Assembly (NCBI GenBank): GCA_038087875.1
Contig: CM075992.1
Coordinates: 6,078,001-6,142,000, forward strand
DNA: 64,000 nucleotides
Direction: 5' to 3'
From: Malacoraja senta
Taxonomy: Eukaryota
Shown: piece after piece, positions 54,301-64,000 of the stretch
Position numbering within the stretch: the stretch's first letter is position 1
How the letters are laid out: each line of letters begins with the position of its first letter
Program-made: the position numbers and the translations under genes
The notes under the pieces: model-generated
What the model was told of the DNA's origin: nothing
Database searches by the model: none
What the model saw: the letters and a program-made list of their open reading frames with translations, nothing else

Positions 54301-57300
54301 TCCCCTTCCGTCGTCTTCCAAAACACACACGTTGGCTTCTCGTTGTCTTTCTGTTCCTGCGTCTGAGAAGAGCAAAGACTGTTAACCATCGATGGAATCT
54401 TTCTGATAACAGGTTGAGCATTCACACTTCCCCAAGTTGTGTTAGCACAGAAAACATCAGATCTGTCCTGTCCCTTGGATGACAGCAATTCACAGTGACC
54501 TCCTACAGGTGGGAAACTGGTCACAGGATCACATTTAACACAACAGAGGGAACACCATTGCTACCAATCTCACCGTACTGTCCCATCAAACTGCCCCAGG
54601 GTGGGGCACTGGATACATACAGAGTGAAGCTCCCTCCACATTGAAACTGACCTGGGGAAGGGCAGTCAGAGTGTATCGAGAGTGAAGCTCCTACAATATC
54701 CCAGCTGACATCCCACATGCACAGTGCAGTGATAGCGATTGTCTTTCATTGATATGGCGGCTGTACTCTGAAACTACAGCTTCACCACCACCTGAGAAAT
54801 GGTGGCACAGGGTCTCCTCCTGTGACCCGTCTCATTACCAATCTCTAACCCTTCTCCCCTCTCCCTCAGATGTGGCATTTCCACTTCCTTCCTCCACCTC
54901 CTTGTACTGACCCTGAGTAACGGTGAATGGAGAGGTGACCATAAACTGACCTGAACCAGCTCAGACCCAGCTTACGTGGAGACATCAGGCCTGAAGCCAG
55001 GCTCAGTGAGTCTGCTGCCCTCCCAACCTTCACACTGCAGTGTGTGGTGGGTTAACCAGGGTCACATGGACACCCATCCCTACACAGTGTACGGTGACTT
55101 CCCAGCAGTAAATCACCCAGAGCAAAGGTTCTTCCTCATCTTCTCCCTTGTTCACCAAGAGTGCAATCAGAGCCAATCCTCTCATCTGAGTCTAACGTAA
55201 ACACAAGATGGTGCAACTACTCAGCATCTTTAGCTTTTCCCTCATTTACTTGCCCAGTTAGTCCTAGATAACACCTTGCAATTTCCTGCACTATGTGACC
55301 CAGATTTGATGGGGACTTACCCAATGGAGGCAGAAGGGGTTTCATTCTCAGTTCAGGAACTATTTCCCTTTTGTACCTTTGGGGGAGCCCACTATACATC
55401 TGGAAACACCCCGGGTGGTATTTACAAACCTGGTTGAGTTCCAGAGTGAAATTGACCACTTCTTTCAGCTTGGAGCTGGCGACTTTGTTGCTGATCGTGG
55501 CTGAGACCACCTTGGACTTCAATGCGATCGTCCTCTGAGGTGAGTTTCCCCCTTTACTCTCTCTGTTCAACAGGGATTCCATGTCGTTGAATACCAGAAA
55601 GGAAACAGCCACAAACTCTGCCGGAGATAACAGTTCAACCATTGGTGAGTGTGGAGAAACGTCAGGTGTAAGACTCCAGAAACTGGACATAAAGGCAGGT
55701 CTACAGCACACGCCACCCATTCCTGTGGTGCCCTGTACAGGGGTTCTGAGCATTAAAACCAGCTGTAAACAGTGGTGGATCGGGAGATCATCGAGCGGCC
55801 TGCTTTGTCCAGGACAGTGTCAGGTTAGTTTGAGTGCTGTTGCAACTGCACTCATCCAGGCAAGTGGAGGGTGATCTATCACGGTCCTGACTTGTGCCCT
55901 GTGGGTGGTTACACATGGTCATTCACACAAGATAGAGTCATTGTGTCACAGAGCACAGATACAGGCCCTTTAGCCCAACTTGTCAATGCCGACCAAGATG
56001 CCCCATCTAAGCTTGTCCCATTTCCCGGCGTTTGGCCCATATCTGTCCAAATGTTTGTATTCATGTATCTGTCCAAGCGTCTTTTAAAGAACCGGCTGTT
56101 ATAGAACCGGCTTCAACATCCTCCTCTGGAAGCTTCTTCCACAAACCCACCCCTCCATGAGTGATAAAGTTGCCCCTGGGGTTCCCCTCTCACCTTTAAC
56201 CTATGTCCTCTGGTTCTTGATTCCCCTACTCTGGATAAAAGATTCTATGACATCCACCCATCATCATCTAGATGATGCCTTTCTGTGGAATGACATGATG
56301 AATGTTGCAAATATCTAGACTAGAGGCACAGCTTTAACGTGAAAGGGAAAAGTTTTAAGGAGATGTGCGGGGCAAGATTTTAATACAGACGGTGGTGGGT
56401 GCCTGGAACATGTTGCCAGGGGTGGTGGTGTAAGCTGACACAATAATGGCATGTAAGAGGCTTTTAGATAGGCACATGGCTATGGAGGGATATGGATCAT
56501 GGTCAGGCTGGCTAGTTTATCTTGGCTTCATGTTCCGCACTGAGGTTGTGGCCAAAGGACCTGTTCCTCTGCTGTGTCGTTTTCTATGTTCCATCAGTTT
56601 CTTTGATATCTACACACCAGGTATGGAAGGATGGGAAAGAGACAGAACATTTACCAGGGTTAGTGCCTCCAGTGATTGAACTCCAGAATATCTTCATGAC
56701 ATTGCTCATAACCTGCATCTCCAACAACTGGTCCTCACTGCTATTCTTCTTTTCAATCACCTGGACCTTCAGAACTATGAGAAAAGATCAGACATTGTGA
56801 AGCGTGCAATGGCAACAGAACTGATCCCTCTCTCTCTCTGTCTCTCTCTCTCTCTCTCTCTGCCGCAAGCTTTATAACAATCCCCAAGGTCTAACAGCTT
56901 GCCAACACTTGTTAGACATGGCTCAGGTAGTGTTCTTGCCCCTGAGCCTGGAGGTAGTGTGGAGTCCCACTTCCACACACTGAGCACAGAGTCTGGGCTG
57001 ACTGGTCCTCAACCCTGTGTCTCTCAACCTCAGAACGTCCTGATGGATGTCACTGTTGAAGTGTCGTTGAATTGCTATGAAGATGGTTCAGTCATATTGC
57101 ACCTGGGTACCCATGCATGAGGGAAGATGTGGCCTTAGAGAGAGAGCAGGCAAGATTTAGTGGTAATATCCAGTCACTGAGGAACACCAGTCCCATGGAC
57201 GGCCAGAGAAGGAGGCATTGTTTTCTTTACAGAAGGTTGTGAGTTGAGTGTGAACAGTGGGCAGCTAAACGGCTACTACACCTACAGTTAGAGTTTGTGG

Positions 57301-60300
57301 GTATAAGTACAGCACAGGCGAGCTCCTGTCACCACTGCACAGTGCGGGGAACCAGGGCGATCGTTTAGCTCAACACCTTTGCTCAGTCCACCTGAACCTA
57401 CCTGATCTGGTTGCTAAACACTTTAATTCTCCTTCCCATTGCCACACAGACCTTTCTGTCCTAGGTCTCCTCCATTGTTAGAGTGAGGCTAAATGCAAAT
57501 TGGAGGAACAGCATGTCATATTTGGCTTGGGCAGCTTACAGCCCAGTGGTATGAATATTGATTTCTCTCGCTTCAGGTAGCCCCGGCATTCCCTCTCTCT
57601 CTCTATCCCTCCCCCTCCCAAGTCGCACTAGCTTCTCGTTTTCACCCTACAAACAACTAACAAGGGCCTGTTTCCTTCATCATCGTTACTTTTTTGCATA
57701 TCTTTCATTCATTGTTCTTTATCTCTCGACTTCATTGTATATATCTCTCGTTTCCCTTATTCTCTAACCAGTCTGAAGTAGGGTCTCGACCCGAAATGTC
57801 ACCCATTTCTTCTCTCCAGAGATGCTGCTTGCCCCGCTGAGTTACTCCAGCGTTTTGTGTCTATCTTTGGTTTAAACCAGCATCTGCAGTTCGTTCCTGC
57901 ACGAAACAGGAACCCCGGCTGACAGTGACCCCTGAGCGACCTGCCTACGGAGCTGTGGCAACAGGTACAACACCGGAGACAGGACACCTCACCATTCTAG
58001 GTGTGTCTTGTTACACCAAGCCCTTCCCACGCAGTCTCAGCAACTCTGACATCAAAACACAGCAGGCGGTGGATTCAGCAGCTCAGGCAGAACGAGTGGA
58101 AAGAGTTCACGTCTTTAACCTGAAACATCGGCCGTTTCTCTTGCCTCAGATGCTGCCTGAGCTGCCGAGTGTTTCCAGCATTTTCTGGGACTTTTCCCCC
58201 CAAATTCCCTTCAATCTGCAGTTCTGTTCATTTTCTGCCTCAGGAAATATTGCGGTAACATTGATATCAAGAGCCAACATCTTAATCAATCCATCTTCAT
58301 CTATTCAACACCAAGTGATGAACAGGAACTTCAGGCTCAAAGCTGATTATTTTAAAGTAAACTCCACATTGCCGCCCCTTCATTTAAATCCAGTTCCACA
58401 CACTCAGTAACTAGCAACGACAACCTTTGTTGCGATGGTGAATGTTTCCCACGGAGAGTACTTTACCAAATGAATCTGTTGTGATGGTCTTCACTTGTGA
58501 ACTGGGCAGAGTGAGAGCTATCGCCATGGCCATATTGTCCACAAGGTCCAATGTGGCTGTTACTACCTTCAGCCTTTCATTTGTGTTCATGGTTTCCAGC
58601 AGTGAGCGATTGAGAACTGTGTTTGTAAAGGTTTCCATGTCCTACGGGTGAAGAGAACACTCAATATATTGAAAAGCAAAACATTGCGGTTACATGGTTC
58701 AGTAATGTTGAGAGAATATGGGCAAAACATGGGGAAATGGGACGAGCTTAGATGGGGCACCTTGGTCAACATGGACGAGTAAGGCCAAAGTGCTTGTTTC
58801 CTTTCTCGATGCCTCCATCATATTGAATGCTGGAATCCTGAAATAGCACGGAAACAGGCCCTTCGGCCCACTGAGTCCGCGCTGACCGTCGATCACCCGT
58901 TCACACTAGTTCCATGTCATCCCAGTTTCTCATCCACTCTCGATACACTAGGGGCAACTTACAGAAGCCAATTAACCTACAAACCCGCACGACTTTCAGA
59001 TGTGGGAGGGTCCCAAAGCAAACCCATACAGTCACAGAGAGAACGTGCAAACTCCACACAGACCGCACCCAAAGTCAGAATCGAATCCCGGTGTCTGGTG
59101 CTGTGAGGCAGCAGCTCTACCCGCTGTGCCATTGTGCCGCCCACAGAATCTTTGTAAATATCCTCGTGACTCTCTCTATCTCAGACACTCACCACTTATA
59201 CCCGAAGATAAAATCGTACGGTTTGTAAAACCTTACCTTGATATCACTCCCCGGGCGCGTCCTCAGGGCCTGTGCTGCGCAGCTGACAGACGTCTGGACT
59301 GACATCTTCAACCTGTCACTTGCCCAAGCAGTTGTGCCCACGTGCCTTAAATCCACCTCCATCGTGCCGGTGCCAAAACACTCCACTGCGGCAAGCCTCA
59401 ACGACTTCCGCCCAGTTGCACTTACTCCCATCATCGCCAAGTGCTTCGAGAGGCTGGTCCTGGCACACCTCAAAGGCTGCCTACCCCCCACGTTGGATCC
59501 CTATCAGTTTGCCTACCGCAAGAACAGGAGTACGGAGGATGCCATCTCAACGGCACTTCACTCCGCCCTCTCCCACCTCGACAACAGAGACACTTACGTA
59601 AGAATGCTGTTCATCGATTACAGCTCAGCATTCAACACCATCATACCCTCTAAACTGATCACCAAACTCGGTGACCTGGGCATCGACCCCTCCCTCTGCA
59701 ACTGGATACTGGACTTTCTAACCAACAGACCCCAGTCTGTTAGGTTAGACAAGCACACCTCTTCAACCCTCACCCTGAACACCGGCGTTCCACAGGGCTG
59801 TGTGCTGAGCCCCCTCCTCTACTCCCTCTTCACCTACGACTGCACACCTGTACATGGTACTAACACCATCATCAAGTACGCAGATGATACAACGGTGATT
59901 GGCCTCATCAGCAACAACGATGAGTCGGCCTATAGGGAGGAGGTCCAGCTCCTAGCAGCATGGTGCGCTGACAACAACCTGGCCCTTAACTCCAAGAAGA
60001 CCAAGGAGCTCATTGTAGACTTCAGGAAGTCTAGGGGCGGCATGCACACCCCATCCACATTAACGGGAGGGAGGTGGAACGTGTTTCCAGCTTCAGGTTC
60101 CTGGGGGTCAACATCTCCGATGACCTCTCTTGGACCAACAATACCTCAACTCTGGTCAAGAAGGCTCACCAGCGTCTCTTCTTCCTGAGGAGACTAAAGA
60201 AGGTCCATCTGTCTCCTCGGATTCTGGTGAACTTCTACCGCTGCACCATCGAGAGCATCCTTACCAACTGCATCACAGTATGGTATGGCAACTGCTCTGT

Positions 60301-63300
60301 CTCCGACCGGAAAGCACTGCAGAGGGTGGTGAAAACTGCCCAACGCATCACCGGTTCCTCACTCCCCACCATTGAGTCTGTCCAAAGCAAGCGTTGTCTG
60401 CGAAGGGCGCTCAGCATCGCCAAGGACTGCTCTCACCCCAACCACAGACTGTTTACCCTCCTACCATCCGGGAGGCGCTACAGGTCTCTCCGTTGCCGGA
60501 CCAGCAGGTCCAGGAACAGCTTCTTCCCTGCGGCGGTTACACTACTCAACACTGTACCTCGGTGACTGCCAATCACACCCCCCCCCCGGACACTCCTCCC
60601 ACCAGGATTTATTAGATTTATTTATTTACTGCTCATATTTATGTCGCTCTTCTAGGGAGATGCTAACTGCATTTCGTTGTCTCTGTACTGTACACTGCAC
60701 AATGACAATAAAGTTGAATCTGAATCGGACTTTCCACGTTGAAATTCTGACACATTTTTTCTTGGAAGCAAGCAAGTTTGTTCAGCATGTCTTTTGCAGA
60801 GGTTAACTGGACAATGGAACAAGACAACAGTTAGATATATTGGACTGGCCGTGCTGGGGAATTAGTCAAATGTTACTAGCAATCGGAAAAAGAGTTTTAC
60901 AAATCTACTTGTTAATGTCTGACTATAAAGGCTGTAAAACTGCTTGTGTACAGGGGTGGTGTGAGTGTCATGAACCATGGCAACTCTGAATGGACCTCAC
61001 AGCTTAAATGGTGGCAATGACTGGAAGGAGTTGCTTATAAAGAAGGGTTGCCTTTATAAACACTGAACACTGAAGAGTACAGCACAGGAACAGGCCCTTC
61101 GGCCCATAATGTCTGTGGCGAACACGATGATAAGACCAACTTATCTGCCTGTACATAACCCATATCCCTCCATTCCCTGCATATCCGTGCACAAACGCAA
61201 AAGTATCTTAAACACCATGGTCATATCTGCTCCACCACCATGGCACCCACTATCCCATGTGTAAAACACTTGCCCCCCGATCAACTCCTTGAAACTTTGC
61301 CCCTCTCACCCTAAAGCTGACTGTCTATCCCATCCATGTCTCTCATCATTTTATATACTTCTATCAGGTCTCCCCTCAACCTCTGGCATTCCAGAACACA
61401 ATCCAAGTCTGTCCAATCTCTCCTGTAGCTAACACCACCTAATCCAGACATCATTCTGCACCCTCTCCAGATCCTCCACATCCTTCCTGTAATGTGGCGA
61501 CCACAACTGTATGTAATGGTCCAAATTTAGCCGAACAAAAGTCCTGTAGAGCGACATGTACTTTACAGGGTATGGTACATAGTGTAAAACACAAAGTGCT
61601 GGAGGAACTCAGCGGGTCAGGCAGCATCTCTGGAGAACATGGATAGGTGATGTTTCAAGGTCGTGAAGCTTCTTCAGTCTGATTGTAATGGACACTACAA
61701 TGTGAAATCTTGAAGGATGGTACCGACACTCAACATGGTCTGTCCATTCCCTCCACAGGTGCTGCCCGACCCGCTGAGTCACTCCAGCAGTGTGGATCGA
61801 ATCGCTGTGTCTCTGTGGAAGTCAGAGGCCGTTCACGTACCTGCTTGGGACTGCACCGCAGCACTGTGGAACTCTGCTTTCCCGAGTCGTAACAATTGAG
61901 CGGATCGACTGGTGTAAGAATCACATGAAAGAGATGTCAGTGCCACCTGTAGACTCCACCAGTCACCCTCCTAATGTTCACCCATCGGGCAGAGTAGACC
62001 TCCCCTCTGCCCCTCACCCAGAGCTCCACCATGGTGCTCCCACCATGTGCAGCGTCAGACTGGGCGACCTGAAGTGTTCTCAATATTCCAAGTGTGGTCT
62101 CACCAACATTTACACAATTGTAACACAACATCTCAGCTGTTGTACTGAATGCCCTGACCAATGAAGGCAAACATGGCAAGTGCCTTCTTTGTCACCTTTT
62201 CACCCAATCAAATCTGTGATCCACAATTTCCCACCCAGAGGGCCATGTTAACCATCACTAATCAGTCCCCGCCGTCCCTTCCACAGCTTCTGCCTGACTT
62301 GGTGAGTGTTTCCGTCATCTCCAGTTTTGATTCCCTGAACATCAGCTCTCATCCCAAGTCTGCGTTTACCTTGACAGGCCTGGTGCATCTGTCCCGGCTC
62401 TGGGTGATATCCCGCTCCACAGACACAGAGGTAACTCCCAAAGGTGTTGCGACAAGTCATGTTGGCGCTGCACTGGTGCCCATGCTCGCATTCGTCCTTG
62501 CCTGTTGCAGAGAGGGACAGAGATACAAACATCAACAGCACGGATGGTGAGGAGCGAGAGACTGCGATTGACGAGGGAGTGATGCACAGAATCTGACAGG
62601 AGCTCACTCTCACATCCCTGTTACACTTCACCCACTCTCTGCCCGGCATGTTCTTACCCCACACTGAGGGCTGATCTCATAGAGGTGTATGAAATCATGA
62701 GGGGAATAGATAGGGTGAGTCTTTTATCCAGAGCAGGGGAATCAAAAACTACAGGTTTAAGAGGGGCATTTTAATAGGAAGCGGAGGGGCAACTGTTTCA
62801 CTCAGAGGGGGGCAGATATATGCAATGAGGGGACAGAGGAGGTAATTGAGGCAGACTGGTCGGCATGGATGAGTTGGGCCGAAGGGCCTATTTCCGTGCT
62901 GTATAACTATGACTGTATGTCTCATAGACACAGGAGTCATTGGAAACACTCCTATTTCTCCGTTTTCGTCCAACATGTCAAGTAGGTGCGGGTTTGTCAG
63001 TTAATTAGCCTCTGTAAATTGCCTCTACTGTGTAGGGAGTGGAGAAGAAAGTGGGAGAATATAGAACTCATGCTGTATCTCTAAACTAAACCAAACTAAA
63101 CTCCCAGACCTTGTGTGACATCCAGCTCTAACTCGGCCTATCTGGACGATACCACATGACCGCTGTTTCCAAGGGCACAGCCTGGTCCACATCTCCATCT
63201 CCCAATCCCCACACATTCAGATCCATGTCCAAAGTCAAGTTAAACCATTTGACTTGACCGCCTCCAGCGGGACCCAACTCCACGTTGGGCTCAGGCGCAG

Positions 63301-63935
63301 GTTGGGCTCTAATCAGGTTTGAATTTTGAATCTCAGTGGACAACAAATCCCAAGTGACCCTAGCCTTCTTTGAAAATACAATGACCTTCCTGTGGCCTTG
63401 GCTGAGGACAACGTCCATGAGATCCTTTGTTAATTCCAGGAATCTGCGGGATAATATGAAGGGTAGGCAACCCCAATGCCAACTTGAGACCCTTCACAAT
63501 GGTAAACCTTGTTGTTCTCTGTTACCTGAGCACATTGTGTCTGGTCAGAGTATGTTGGTGGTGCAGGATAAAATCACCACAGTCTCCATCTACAAACTCA
63601 TATTCACATCCCATCACAGCAGCGGGAATATGGGAAACAACTAATCATGAGTAATGGTGCTCACAAAAATGAACAAGTTGTCACAAATATACCATCGGTT
63701 TCTCTCACGTCCCCGGGGAAGGAGATCTGGTGTCCTCACCAGGTCAAGCCCACGTGACCTACGCACGAATGTGGTTGACTCTTCCTGTCCTCACCTTCAC
63801 AGGTTTTATTTGCATGGAGTCCGGTGGACGAAGCTGATGCCTGAAACCCTGCGTTGCAGTTGCACTGGTAGGAACCCCTCGTGTTGGTACAAGTTGCGTT
63901 ATGGTGACAGGGCGAGGATTCACACTCATCGATAT
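45329..63935 (-). CDS. ADGRE: Adhesion GPCR of the ADGRE family, copy B; continues beyond the window; one stalk exon interrupted by a LINE (possibly pseudogenised or exon-skipping)
   Basis: Fifteen exons homologous to copy A, with the same sizes and intact splice sites; all are open except the 87-nt stalk exon. Confidence 0.88.
45760..46112 (+). mobile_element. Old CR1 LINE fragment
   Basis: [25 protein letters not shown]. Confidence 0.85.
46207..46293 (-). CDS. Copy B exon: cytoplasmic tail ([29 protein letters not shown])
   Basis: 87 nt, AG/GT intact. Confidence 0.82.
47392..47560 (-). CDS. Copy B exon: TM6-TM7
   Basis: 169 nt. Confidence 0.93.
47777..48090 (+). mobile_element. HE1/V-SINE-like SINE; mirrored at ~34790-35095
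   Basis: Same head and tail. Confidence 0.8.
49067..49158 (-). CDS. Copy B exon: TM5 end-ICL3
   Basis: 92 nt; protein identical to copy A. Confidence 0.92.
49493..50232 (-). mobile_element. GC-rich ~740-bp insertion, copy B only (probable retroposon)
   Basis: Copy A is uninterrupted at ~33268; CpG-rich interior. Confidence 0.75.
50811..50877 (-). CDS. Copy B exon: ECL2-TM5
   Basis: 67 nt, [16 protein letters not shown]. Confidence 0.92.
51512..51747 (-). CDS. Copy B exon: TM3-TM4
   Basis: 236 nt. Confidence 0.92.
52574..52765 (-). CDS. Copy B exon: TM1-TM2
   Basis: 192 nt. Confidence 0.92.
54038..54065 (-). ncRNA. Minimal hammerhead-ribozyme-like motif
   Basis: CTGAAGA-AGGGTCTCGACCC-GAAAT-GTC on the minus strand. 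Confidence 0.45.
54186..54362 (-). CDS. Copy B exon: GPS motif
   Basis: 177 nt; [13 protein letters not shown] intact. Confidence 0.94.
55430..55617 (-). CDS. Copy B exon: GAIN
   Basis: 188 nt, homologous to 27691-27878. Confidence 0.88.
56655..56774 (-). CDS. Copy B exon: GAIN
   Basis: 120 nt, homologous to 26532-26651. Confidence 0.85.
58467..58641 (-). CDS. Copy B exon: GAIN helical part
   Basis: 175 nt, homologous to 24296-24470. Confidence 0.85.
59237..60806 (-). pseudogene. Copy B 87-nt stalk exon split by a 1.48-kb LINE insertion
   Basis: 60732-60806 (75 nt) plus 59237-59248 (12 nt) rebuild the 87-nt exon of copy A; LINE sequence lies between them. Confidence 0.88.
59249..60728 (+). 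mobile_element. Young 5'-truncated Rex1/Babar-like LINE (RT domain)
   Basis: [33 protein letters not shown]; one frameshift near 60055; tail AATAAAGTTGAATCTGAATC; ACT duplicated at the junctions. Confidence 0.93.
61841..61908 (-). CDS. Copy B exon: stalk ([10 protein letters not shown]...)
   Basis: 68 nt, AG/GT intact. Confidence 0.75.
62370..62501 (-). CDS. Copy B exon: EGF domain 3 ([11 protein letters not shown]...)
   Basis: 132 nt, AG/GT intact. Confidence 0.9.
63795..63935 (-). CDS. Copy B exon: EGF domain 2 ([10 protein letters not shown]...KTCE)
   Basis: 141 nt; 7 nt differences from copy A 20482-20622. Confidence 0.9.
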
Positions 63936-64000
63936 CTGTGTAAACAGTGACAACAGAATCACGTTGTTTACTCGTTGATAACCTGGTGTGACAGGAGCTC

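Larger units (their letters stand above)
45170..64000 (-). repeat. Right arm of the inverted segmental duplication (runs off the window)
   Basis: Colinear inverted homology with 20417-39050, with copy-specific insertions and deletions. Confidence 0.93.

Overview
Vertebrate genomic DNA, most likely a cartilaginous fish such as a skate or ray. This is inferred from the HE1/V-SINE-like SINEs and the CR1, Penelope-like and Rex1/Babar-like repeats. The main content is two tail-to-tail copies of a multi-exon EGF-TM7 adhesion GPCR (ADGRE/EMR/CD97 family) lying in a ~19 kb inverted duplication. Copy A is on the + strand with 16 coding exons (18963-38868). They splice in frame into 3 calcium-binding-type EGF domains, a stalk, GAIN/GPS, 7TM and a tail; its signal-peptide exon is not visible. 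Copy B is on the - strand (45329 to beyond 64000) with matching exons, but one stalk exon is interrupted by a young antisense Rex1/Babar LINE. Hand comparisons suggest accelerated amino-acid change. Two tandemly duplicated EGF exons differ at 31/141 nt, while their adjacent introns differ by about 6%. The tail exon differs between A and B only by replacement changes, and a TM5/ICL3 exon only by silent ones. The rest is transposon-derived: an internally deleted Gypsy-type LTR element nested in a Penelope-like element, CR1 LINEs inverted around a 200-N gap, hAT-type MITEs, Helitron-like elements, minimal hammerhead-ribozyme-like motifs and CA/TG microsatellites. All exon boundaries and difference counts were read by eye and should be confirmed computationally.
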